Shown piece after piece: positions 1-7,905 of a stretch of 64,000 bases of DNA. This stretch comes from an uncultured Caulobacter sp. (GTDB taxonomy: Bacteria > Pseudomonadota > Alphaproteobacteria > Caulobacterales > Caulobacteraceae). A program made the translations under genes and the position numbers. Numbering within the stretch: position 1 is the stretch's first letter; every line of letters begins with the position of its first letter. A model generated the notes under the pieces. The model saw only the letters and a program-made list of their open reading frames with translations, ran no database searches and was not told the DNA's origin. Where the stretch lies: the NCBI GenBank assembly GCA_913776195.1, contig CAJYMH010000035.1:1437-65436 (forward strand), given 5' to 3'.

Positions 1-88
1 TGGAGCCTCGACGCAGCGAGGCCCAGTAGGCGAACATTTCCTGGTGGGCCCGAGCCGCCGCGGCCGGAGCGCCCAATTGCGCGACCAT
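1..88 (-). CDS. PAS_5 (DUF1457)-type single PAS domain protein, MopJ-like; 5' part only, runs off the window
   Basis: ATG at 88 after GGAG. Reads MVAQLGAPAAAARAHQEMFAYWASLRRGS; the 'YW.SLR.G' start is typical of PAS_5 proteins. Lies downstream of mucR, as I recall for Caulobacter mucR2-mopJ. Not in the ORF track. Confidence 0.6.
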   Translation of the reverse strand, partial: MVAQLGAPAAAARAHQEMFAYWASLRRGS

Positions 89-125
89 CTCCAGAGTCCC
101 GAACAAGCCGTTGGAATCACGACAA

Positions 126-140
126 TTAACTATCGCTCAA
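126..140 (-). promoter_or_regulatory. Putative CtrA box
   Basis: Minus strand TTGA-GCGATAG-TTAA, one mismatch to TTAA-N7-TTAA. A further TTAAC half site lies at about 169-174, upstream of the PAS gene. Confidence 0.45.
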
Positions 141-306
141 CCAACGAATCGCGAGCAAGCGGAAAAGGGTTAACGAGACCAGAAAAGTGCCAGAACGGCA
201 CAACAGCGTTGCTTCGAAACGACAGTTCCGGCTCGCCCCGACGCGTTTAGGGCTCGGCGGCGCAAGGCGACAGCCACGCTTGCCCGTTCACAAGGCCCAG
301 AAACGC

Positions 307-339
307 AAAACGCCCGCCGTCCGGGAGGACAACGGGCGC
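307..339 (-). terminator. Intrinsic terminator after mucR
   Basis: cgcccg..gtcc/ggac..cgggcg stem with a T-run on the minus strand just past the mucR stop. Confidence 0.6.
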
Positions 340-363
340 TTCGTAGAGCTTGGCTAGAAGGGT

Positions 364-783
364 TTAGCGGCCCTTGCGGGCCGGCTTGCGGCCGCCCTGG
401 CCCAGGCCCATCTGCTTGGCCAGATCCGAACGCGCCTTGGCGTAGTTCGGGGCGACCATAGGATAGTCCTTGGGCAGGTTCCACTTGGCCCGATATTCCT
501 CGGGGCTCATGTTGTACTTGGTGCGCAGGTGGCGCTTCAGCGACTTGAACTTGCGACCATCCTCCAGGCAGACGAGGTAGTCGGGCGTGATCGAGCGCTT
601 GAGCGGCACGGCCGGCTCTTTTGGCGCGACTTCGACCGGCTCGGCGCCGGTGGAGATGTCGGCCAGGGTGCGGTGGATGCTCTGGATCAGCGAAGGCAGA
701 TCGGCAGCCGACACGGAATTGTTGCCCACGTAAGCGGACACGATATCCGCCGTCATCTCGATGATTTCTGCTTTATCGTCCAT
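364..783 (-). CDS. mucR: MucR/Ros family zinc-finger transcriptional regulator
   Basis: TADIVSAYV N-terminus, CLEDGRKFKSLKRHL zinc-finger region, YRAKWNLPKDYPMVAPNY motif. Confidence 0.97.
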   Translation of the reverse strand: MDDKAEIIEMTADIVSAYVGNNSVSAADLPSLIQSIHRTLADISTGAEPVEVAPKEPAVPLKRSITPDYLVCLEDGRKFKSLKRHLRTKYNMSPEEYRAKWNLPKDYPMVAPNYAKARSDLAKQMGLGQGGRKPARKGR

Positions 784-1120
784 GTTCGTCTTATTCTGCT
801 GAGGCGGCGGGACGCTGCATCAATTGTTGATTCCGAAGTCCGGAAATCCGTACTTATAGAACGTCGCTCATTCAGACAAGCGACAGCTATGATCCTTGTC
901 TCGAAAACAAAGATACACGCAAATGTGGTAACCAGGTTCAGTTTTTGATCTAGCAGCGGCTTTCAAGACTAGATCACCGCTCGATAGCGTTCGCTACAGC
1001 TCCATCGAGGCAAGGCGCGCCCCCAATAACGCAGGGCGGCGAGCTGCTCGATCCGCAGACCAGAGAGCAACGCCGCCCCTTCTTTACAGACGAAACGCCG
1101 CACCAGCGGCGCGGACAAGA

Positions 1121-2005
1121 TCAGCGGAACTGGGGATCGTCCCAGTGCTCCCAAACGTCGGGCAGATCGCGGGACACCTTGTCGGGATAGGCGGGCGCGC
1201 GTTTCTCGAGGAACGAGGTCACGCCCTCCTTGGCGTCGCCGGAAGAGCCGCGCGACTGGATCGCCCGGCTGTCGGCCATGTGGGCGTACATGGGGTGGGT
1301 CGCCCCGGCCATGCGCCAGATCAGCTGCCGAGACAGGGCGACCGAGACCGGGGCGGTGTTGTCGGCGATCTCGCGCGCCAGGGCCGTGGCGGCGGGCAGC
1401 AGGTCTTCGGGCGCGTGGAGCGAGCGGACGAGGCCGCGATCCAGCGCCTCCTGCGCGCCGAAGACGCGGCCGGTGAAGCACCATTCCAGCGCCGTCTGCG
1501 GACCGACCAGGCGCGGCAGGAACCAGGACGAGCAGGCCTCGGGCGTGATGCCGCGGCGGGCGAAGACGAAGCCGAACTTGGCGTCCGTGCTGGCCAGGCG
1601 GATGTCCATGGGCAACTGCATGGTGGCGCCGACGCCCACGGCGGGGCCGTTCACGGCGGCGATCACCGGCTTCAGGCTGTCATAGATGCGCAAGGAGACC
1701 CGGCCGCCGCCGTCGCGATAGATGTCGCCGACCTTGCCCTCCTCCCGCTCCAAAGCTTGCGGTGAAGTGCGGTCGAAGGTGGCGCCGCCGCCCGACAGGT
1801 CCGCCCCGGCGCAGAAGGCGCGGCCGGAGCCGGTGACGATCACCGCACGCACGGCGTCGTCGGCGTCGGTGTTGTCGAAGGCCTCCATCAACTCCTTCAT
1901 CATGCGGGCGGTGAAGGCGTTCAGCTTCTCCGGCCGATGCAGGGTGATGGTCGCGACGCCGTCGCGGACGTCATAGAGCAGGGTCTCGAACTTCGGTGCG
2001 CCCAT
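1121..2005 (-). CDS. Enoyl-CoA hydratase/crotonase family protein
   Basis: ATITLHRPEKLNAF, FCAGADL and KPVIAAVNGPAVGVG crotonase motifs. Confidence 0.93.
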   Translation of the reverse strand: MGAPKFETLLYDVRDGVATITLHRPEKLNAFTARMMKELMEAFDNTDADDAVRAVIVTGSGRAFCAGADLSGGGATFDRTSPQALEREEGKVGDIYRDGGGRVSLRIYDSLKPVIAAVNGPAVGVGATMQLPMDIRLASTDAKFGFVFARRGITPEACSSWFLPRLVGPQTALEWCFTGRVFGAQEALDRGLVRSLHAPEDLLPAATALAREIADNTAPVSVALSRQLIWRMAGATHPMYAHMADSRAIQSRGSSGDAKEGVTSFLEKRAPAYPDKVSRDLPDVWEHWDDPQFR

Positions 2006-2082
2006 GGCGGTCTCCCTTGTTTTGCGGGGAGGATGACCGCTACAACGAGGCGAAACAATCGTTTGAATTGGAGGAAGCCCGC

Positions 2083-2532
2083 ATGAAGACCGTCAGTTTC
2101 AATGAGGTGGCGAGCCTGGTCGGCCAGGAGATCGGCGTGTCAGACTGGGTCGAGATCACCCAGGAGCGGGTCAACCAGTTCGCCGAGGCCACCGGCGACC
2201 ACCAGTGGATCCACGTGGACGTGGAGCGCGCCACCCGCGAGATCGGCGGCCCGATCGCCCACGGCTACCTGACCCTGTCGCTGATCCCGTTCCTGGGCGC
2301 GGACCTGATGAAGGTCACCGGAGTCACACGCGGCATCAACTACGGCACCGAAAAGGTGCGCTTCACCAACATGGTCCGCGTCGGCAAGAAGGTGCGGATG
2401 CGCCAGAAGCTGGTCGCCGTGGAGCCCAAGGCCGGCGGCCTGCAGATGAAGAACGAGTGCACCATCGAGATCGAAGGCGAAGAGCGCCCGGCCTGCGTGG
2501 CCGAGACGATCTCGATCATCTACGGCCAATAA
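2083..2532 (+). CDS. MaoC family dehydratase
   Basis: FAEATGDHQWIHVD..AHGYLTL hot-dog motif; GGAGG RBS before ATG 2083. Confidence 0.93.
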   Translation: MKTVSFNEVASLVGQEIGVSDWVEITQERVNQFAEATGDHQWIHVDVERATREIGGPIAHGYLTLSLIPFLGADLMKVTGVTRGINYGTEKVRFTNMVRVGKKVRMRQKLVAVEPKAGGLQMKNECTIEIEGEERPACVAETISIIYGQ

Positions 2533-2535
2533 GCC

Positions 2536-2686
2536 TTTTCTCCTGCCCCGCTTGCGGGGGAGGGGGACCATGCGAAGCATGGTGGAGGGGGCGCTCTGCT
2601 GAGATTCAGGAAGAGCGCCCCCTCCGTCACGTCGCTGCGCGCCGCGCCACCTCCCCGTACGCTGCGCTACGGGGCAGGAGGAAGAA
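2536..2686. repeat. REP/CIR-like palindromic intergenic element, family A
   Basis: Terminal IR ctcctgccccg/cggggcaggag and inner IR ggagggggcgctct/agagcgccccctcc around a GATTC (GANTC) site at 2603-2607. Related copies at 10495 and 36047. Confidence 0.85.
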
Positions 2687-2695
2687 CGGGTTACC

Positions 2696-4012
2696 TCAAG
2701 CCGCCTTTCCCACGCGATCCACCAGCAGCAACGCGCTCGCGTGGGGCTTGGCGTCGGCGCGTTCGGCGGCGAGGGCGAGGGCCAGGTCGCGGTCGCCGGC
2801 GCGCAGAGCCGCCTCCAGCAGGGTCAGGTCGATGACGTCGCGCTGGGCGTGGCTGCCGCCGAAACGGTAGGCGTGATGGCGGATCGGCCGCAGCAGGGTG
2901 ATGACACGGCGGTAGTCGCCATCGACGAAGGCGGCCATGGCCTCGGTCGCCGCCTGGCCGCCCTGGGCCAGGAACTCGCGGTTGTCGCCCAGGCTGTCGC
3001 GGGCGCAGGACTGGACCGAGCGAACGAGGCGCACCTCATCCTTCCGGCCCGCCGAGGCGAAGGCCATCATCGCGTGCATGTCGTTGAAGGCGTAGGCGTT
3101 GTCCGGCTGACACGGCGCCCAGGCCTCCGCCACCGCGTCCCAGCGGTCGCCCACATCGACGCCCAGCAGCTTCAGCCGCCACAGGAGCGCCGAAGCGTCG
3201 ACCATGTCGAAGGCGATGGGCGAGCGTGCGCCGTAGATCGGGCCGTCGAACAGGCGCAACGCTTCGGCCGTGTCGCCCAGGTCCAGGTGGTAGAGCGCCA
3301 GGTGCCACCAGTTGTGGACCGCCAGCATGTTGTTCTCCGACCAGTGGATGGCGGCGCCGGTCATCAGGCTCACCCCCTCCTCGCTACGGCCCTGCATTTC
3401 CATGACGTGGGCCACCGCGTGCCAGGCCCAGCCGTCGCGGACCTCCAGCTCCAGCGCCTTGCGCCCCTGCCGCTCGGCGCGAACGTAGTCGCCGGTCTCC
3501 TCCAGCCCGAAGGCGTGCATGGCCAGCAGGGCGTGCCAGCCGGGCGCCGAGGGACTCCAGGCCGGCATGGCGCGGGCGATGCGGTCGCGCAGCATGCGGC
3601 TGTCGCCCAGCAGGTAGTCGACGAAGTGACCGGCGCGGATGGCGACCAAGTCGAGGGGCCAGGTGATCGCCACGTCCTCGAGGATGCGGGCGGCGTTGCG
3701 CCAGCGGCCGTCGATCATCGCCTCCATGGCCAGGATGTGGGCCGCCTCGCGGGCGTTTCCGCCGGCGGCGCGGGCGAGCTCCAGATTGTGGCGCACGGCT
3801 GTGGGGCCGATGGGGTCCGTTCCCACCAGATGCAGATAGGCGCGCAGGGCGTGGGCCATGACGAAGTCGGGGCTGTCGGCCAGGGCGGCGTCCAGCTCGG
3901 CGACGGGGTCGACGCCGAAGCGGTTGAACAGGGCCAGGGCGTTCTCGAAACGCTCCAGGGCGAAGGGGCTGGCGCCGGTGACGGCCAGCCCGCGGTGATC
4001 CTTGATGGTCAT
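2696..4012 (-). CDS. TTC38-like tetratricopeptide repeat protein
   Basis: AFGLEETGDY, WAWHAVAHVMEMQG, HNWWHLAL, GGSHAQRDV motifs of bacterial TTC38 homologs; alternative start 4042. Confidence 0.85.
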   Translation of the reverse strand: MTIKDHRGLAVTGASPFALERFENALALFNRFGVDPVAELDAALADSPDFVMAHALRAYLHLVGTDPIGPTAVRHNLELARAAGGNAREAAHILAMEAMIDGRWRNAARILEDVAITWPLDLVAIRAGHFVDYLLGDSRMLRDRIARAMPAWSPSAPGWHALLAMHAFGLEETGDYVRAERQGRKALELEVRDGWAWHAVAHVMEMQGRSEEGVSLMTGAAIHWSENNMLAVHNWWHLALYHLDLGDTAEALRLFDGPIYGARSPIAFDMVDASALLWRLKLLGVDVGDRWDAVAEAWAPCQPDNAYAFNDMHAMMAFASAGRKDEVRLVRSVQSCARDSLGDNREFLAQGGQAATEAMAAFVDGDYRRVITLLRPIRHHAYRFGGSHAQRDVIDLTLLEAALRAGDRDLALALAAERADAKPHASALLLVDRVGKAA

Positions 4013-4182
4013 GCGGGTGCTCGGTCTGAGAGGGACCGGCATGCCCGCCGATCCGGAAGGCGCAGATATCTATAAGTCGCCCGAGGCCGCCTCCAGCCGA
4101 CGCATGGTGCAGTCGGTCGGGATCCGCGAAACCCCTGAGAAACATTGGTATTTCGCGTACGAATTATGCTATCTGGCGGGAC

Positions 4183-4842
4183 ATGCTCGATGTCGCCGAT
4201 CCGAAAACCGTACTGACGGTGCAGTCGCCTCCCCTGTCCAAGGGCGCGGCGACGCGGGCGCGCATCATGGACCTGGCCTATGACCGGATCGTCGACAAGG
4301 GCTTCGCCGCCACGTCGATCGAGGAGCTGGTGGAGGCCGGCGGCATTACCAAGAGCGGGTTCTTCTATCATTTCCGCGACAAGAACGACCTGGCCCGCCA
4401 GCTGATCGACCGCTTCATCGAAGAGGACGAGGCGCTGCTGGACAGCCTGGAGAGCCGGGCCCGCAGCCTGCACGAGGACCCGCTGCACGCGTACCTGATC
4501 TTCTTGAAGTTCACCGCCGAGGTGATGGAGGAGATGCTGAAGGTCCGACTTGGCTGCATCGTGGCGGCCATCGTCATCCAGGACAGCGCCTTCGACACCG
4601 GGGTGCGCGAGCGCGGGCTGGAGATCGTGATGAGCTGGCGTCGTCGCTATCAGGCCTGGCTGGAGGAGATCGCCGCCGTCCATCCGCCGCGCATGGCCGT
4701 GGACCTGGAGACACTAGCCGACCAGATGACCGTTATCGTCGAGGGCGGCATCCTGCTGGCCAAGGGCCTGCGCGACCCCAGCCAGGCCGCGCGGCATATC
4801 CTGCTGTACCGGGACAGCGTGCGGCTGTTGTTCGGAGGCTAG
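4183..4842 (+). CDS. TetR/AcrR family transcriptional regulator
   Basis: GFAATSIEELVEAGGITKSGFFYHFRDK HTH; the true start may be GTG 4219. Confidence 0.93.
   Translation: MLDVADPKTVLTVQSPPLSKGAATRARIMDLAYDRIVDKGFAATSIEELVEAGGITKSGFFYHFRDKNDLARQLIDRFIEEDEALLDSLESRARSLHEDPLHAYLIFLKFTAEVMEEMLKVRLGCIVAAIVIQDSAFDTGVRERGLEIVMSWRRRYQAWLEEIAAVHPPRMAVDLETLADQMTVIVEGGILLAKGLRDPSQAARHILLYRDSVRLLFGG
4207..4220. promoter_or_regulatory. Putative TetR operator
   Basis: Perfect inverted repeat ACCGT-actg-ACGGT overlapping the alternative GTG start of the TetR gene. Confidence 0.45.
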
Positions 4843-4857
4843 AGCTATTAGGGAATA

Positions 4858-4968
4858 CGCTTCCCCAGGCCTTGTGCCTGGGGTCCCTGCATCCGCACGC
4901 ACGGCGCGAGCCGGTCCGGCGAGACGCCAGCCGACACAGAGACCCTCGCCACAACGCGAGGGAGGCGG
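4858..4968. repeat. Degenerate REP doublet, family D
   Basis: ccccaggc-cttgt-gcctgggg hairpin and ccctcgc-cacaac-gcgaggg hairpin flanking a spacer between convergent genes. Confidence 0.55.
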
Positions 4969-5024
4969 ACTTTCGGTGAGTTTCTCGGCTTCCAGCCCTC
5001 CCCCGCAACCGAGGCAGGAGAAAC

Positions 5025-5408
5025 CTATTTCAACCCATGCCCGCCGACCGGCGTCGTCTCCACGTGGCTTTCGAAGGCGGCGATGAGCGGGCGGCCCTTG
5101 GTGATGGCGTCCTTCACCGACGGCAGCTGGAGCGAGGCCTTGTGGCTTTCTGCGCTGTCCCAGACCTCGGTGATCCAGATGGCGTCGGCGTCGTCGGGGG
5201 CCCTGGCGACCACGTAGGACAGGCAGCCGGGCATGCCGGACACGCCGTCCAGAAGGATGGCGATCAGCGCGTCGCGCTGGCCGGGCGTCGCCTTGATCTT
5301 GCCGATCAGTCCGTACATGGGCGCGGCTCCCGAGGAGGTGGACACAGTTGCGCCCGCCAGGCCGAGAGCCAGGATTCCAGTCACGACATCACGGCGGCGG
5401 GGCGTCAT
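5025..5408 (-). CDS. Antibiotic biosynthesis monooxygenase (ABM)/putative quinol monooxygenase with Tat-like signal
   Basis: RRRDVV twin-arginine N-terminus; MPGCLSYVV..IWITEVWDSAESH ABM motif. Confidence 0.85.
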   Translation of the reverse strand: MTPRRRDVVTGILALGLAGATVSTSSGAAPMYGLIGKIKATPGQRDALIAILLDGVSGMPGCLSYVVARAPDDADAIWITEVWDSAESHKASLQLPSVKDAITKGRPLIAAFESHVETTPVGGHGLK

Positions 5409-5475
5409 GAGGAAAGTGGTAGCGCCGGAACGAACGTCGCGCCAGCCACTCCCCCGCGAGCGGGGGCGAGGGGAT

Positions 5476-6384
5476 TTACTCCGCCGCCAGCGGCCGCCTG
5501 GCGGCCTCGACGTCCCGCGCGGGCGGCAACCCATAGAGCCGGCGGTATTCGCGGCTGAACTGGGAGGGGCTCTGGTAGCCGACGCGGAAGCCGGCGGTGG
5601 CGACGTCGGCGTCCTCGACCAGCATGAGGCGGCGGGCTTCGTGCAGGCGAAGCTGCTTCTGGTACTGCAGCGGGGTCATGGCGGTGACCGCCTTGAACTG
5701 GTGGTGAAGGGACGACTCGCTCATGCCCACCGCCTCGGCCAGGGCCTCTATTCGCAGGGCCTGATCGTAGTTGTCGCGCAGCCAGGTGACGGCGCGGGCG
5801 ACGCGGCCGCCGGCTCCCTCGCCCGCCGTTATGTGCAGCAGGCGCGCGGCGTCCGGGCCGGTCAGCAGGCGATAGAGGATCTCGTCCTGGATCAGCGGCG
5901 CCATGGCGGGGATGTCCTGCGGCCGCTCCAGCAGGCGGACCATCCGCAGCACGGCGTCCAGCAGGTCCGGCCCCGCCGAATTGACAGCCAGACCCCGCAC
6001 GGCGTCGACCGCCGTGGCCGGGCGCGGCACGCCGATGCGGCGGATCAGGTCACTCAGACGCACAGGGTCGATGGCCATGCCCAGGCCGATCTGCGGCTTC
6101 TCCGGCGTCGCCTCGACCACGCAGGAGGCCACCGGCATGTCGAGGGCCACCAGCAAGTAGTCGCCGACGCCGTAGCGCAGGGTCACCTCGCCGAGGCGGA
6201 CAACCTTGGCGCCCTGGACCACGAGGGCCAGGCACGGCCACTGGGCGCTGTGCAAGGGCATGCTGGGCGAGGTCTTGCGGGCGATGAACAGGCCGTTGAC
6301 GGCGGTCTCCACATGACCGTCCTCCGGCGTGAACCGGGTGATCAGGGAGACAAGCTCGGCATAGGGATCAGGTGCGGACGTCAT
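5476..6384 (-). CDS. AraC family regulator with AraC_N domain (YqhC-like)
   Basis: LVVQGAKVV N-domain; MTPLQYQKQLRLHEARRL and VGYQSPSQFSREYRRLYG HTH. Confidence 0.93.
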   Translation of the reverse strand: MTSAPDPYAELVSLITRFTPEDGHVETAVNGLFIARKTSPSMPLHSAQWPCLALVVQGAKVVRLGEVTLRYGVGDYLLVALDMPVASCVVEATPEKPQIGLGMAIDPVRLSDLIRRIGVPRPATAVDAVRGLAVNSAGPDLLDAVLRMVRLLERPQDIPAMAPLIQDEILYRLLTGPDAARLLHITAGEGAGGRVARAVTWLRDNYDQALRIEALAEAVGMSESSLHHQFKAVTAMTPLQYQKQLRLHEARRLMLVEDADVATAGFRVGYQSPSQFSREYRRLYGLPPARDVEAARRPLAAE

Positions 6385-6437
6385 CGCCGCCAACCTAGAC
6401 CCCGGGGCGGACGGGAAAAGCCCGTATCCGTGGTTTT

Positions 6438-6469
6438 TGCAGGATTGTGCATGACTCCTGCGGGATTGT
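6438..6469 (+). promoter_or_regulatory. Tandem AraC-type binding half-sites
   Basis: Direct repeats tgcaggattgt (6438) and tgcgggattgt (6459), 21 bp apart, in the divergent promoter. Confidence 0.55.
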
Positions 6470-6617
6470 TCCTGTCGCGACGCGGAGGCGGCGTGTCAGT
6501 CTTGGGTTGTCAGGATGGCGGAGCCGCCCGCGAAGGCGCAGCGTCAGCCATCCCGGCCGCAGCCGCCCTCCCCGTCGCGACTGCAGGATCACACACCCTT
6601 CCGCAAGGAGAGCCCGC

Positions 6618-6968
6618 ATGGCCCGGATCATCGATTACGCCCTGAACGCCGACGCGTCCAAGCCGCTGGTGATGGAAGCCGTCGAGATCACCACCTTCCG
6701 CCTGCGCGGCTGTTCGGTGGAGGAGTTCATCGTCGCCAATGTCGAGGTGGACGCCTGGCTGCGCCGCCAGCCGGGATTCCGCTCGCGCCGGATCATGGAG
6801 CAAGCGGACGGCTCGGTGGCCGACGTGCTGGTCTGGGCGGCGGTGACGGACGGCCGCGCGGCGGCGGACGGCCTGATGGACGAACTGGCGGACTCGCCGG
6901 TCCACGACCTGATCGACCAGCGCACGGTGTGCTGGAGCGTCTCGCCCGTAAGGCACCGGGTGGGGTGA
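6618..6968 (+). CDS. Hypothetical protein, ABM-like dimeric alpha-beta barrel
   Basis: AGGAG RBS; EITTFRL..WLRRQPGFRSRR..DVLVW pattern; divergent from the AraC gene. Confidence 0.7.
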   Translation: MARIIDYALNADASKPLVMEAVEITTFRLRGCSVEEFIVANVEVDAWLRRQPGFRSRRIMEQADGSVADVLVWAAVTDGRAAADGLMDELADSPVHDLIDQRTVCWSVSPVRHRVG

Positions 6969-6972
6969 GCGC

Positions 6973-7803
6973 CTAGTCTATCGTCCCGGCCTCGACCGCG
7001 TTGGCGGCGGTCTGGGTGGGGGGCAGGGCCTCGGCCACTCTCGTGGCGCTGATCGGGATGACGCCGTCCAGCATGTTCACCGCCTCGCGGATGAACTTGG
7101 CGTGGGTGACGACGCCGATCTCCAGCCGTTCCTTGTTCAGCTCCACCTGCTGGGTGAGCATGCCGGCCACGAACTGCACTTCCTGAGCCTCTCCGGCGCC
7201 GGGGCGGCGGCGGGCGGCCTGGGCCATGAACACCGGGCCGCCGGAATTGCCGGGGAACACCGCGAAATCGAGCAGGAAGGTCGGCGAGTTGTCGGCCGGG
7301 CCCAGCGGATAGGACGCCACGCGCCCGGACCGCAGGATCGGGAAGCCGGCGCCGTTGGCGGCCAGGCCGCGCGGGAAGCCCAGGGCCATCATTTCGTCGC
7401 CGGGGCCCAGCGCCACCTTGGAGAAGGTCTCGTCCGCCGCCAGCCAGGCGAGCGGGATCGCCGCCTTGGCGAATTCCGGCGGGGCGACCACCTCGATCGC
7501 CGCCACGTCGCGGGCGGGATGCTTGGCCCATTCCGGCTGGTTGGCCTCGTCGCGGATGGTCATGGTCTGGGGGTCGTAGCGCCAGACGCCGTCGCCGCCC
7601 TGTACGCGATAGCCGATGCGGGCCTGGGCCTTGGGCATGCGCTCCAGCACATGGCCGGCGGTGACCAGCACCGTGCGCGGACGGCCGTCCGGAGTCGGGG
7701 CGTCGATCAGGAAACCGGTGCCGACAGTGCGCCCGCCGTCGGGCAGGGCCTGTTCGACCTGCACCGTCGCCTGAATGAGATCGAGAGAGAGATCCCAGGC
7801 CAT
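6973..7803 (-). CDS. Trypsin-like (S1) serine protease
   Basis: GTGFLI, TAGHV (His), RDVAAI (Asp), PGNSGGP (Ser); alternative start 7839. Confidence 0.88.
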   Translation of the reverse strand: MAWDLSLDLIQATVQVEQALPDGGRTVGTGFLIDAPTPDGRPRTVLVTAGHVLERMPKAQARIGYRVQGGDGVWRYDPQTMTIRDEANQPEWAKHPARDVAAIEVVAPPEFAKAAIPLAWLAADETFSKVALGPGDEMMALGFPRGLAANGAGFPILRSGRVASYPLGPADNSPTFLLDFAVFPGNSGGPVFMAQAARRRPGAGEAQEVQFVAGMLTQQVELNKERLEIGVVTHAKFIREAVNMLDGVIPISATRVAEALPPTQTAANAVEAGTID

Positions 7804-7905
7804 GGACGCCCCTTGAATACGCGACTCAACTGGTCCCATTTGACCAACCTCGAATCCGCGTCACAAGCTGGCGTCCTGCCGCACCCCTAGGCTTCAGGAT
7901 ATTGC

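Noticed and set aside
969-1120. Possible small ORF between mucR and the crotonase
   Set aside because: No clear RBS or start, atypical codons, no motif
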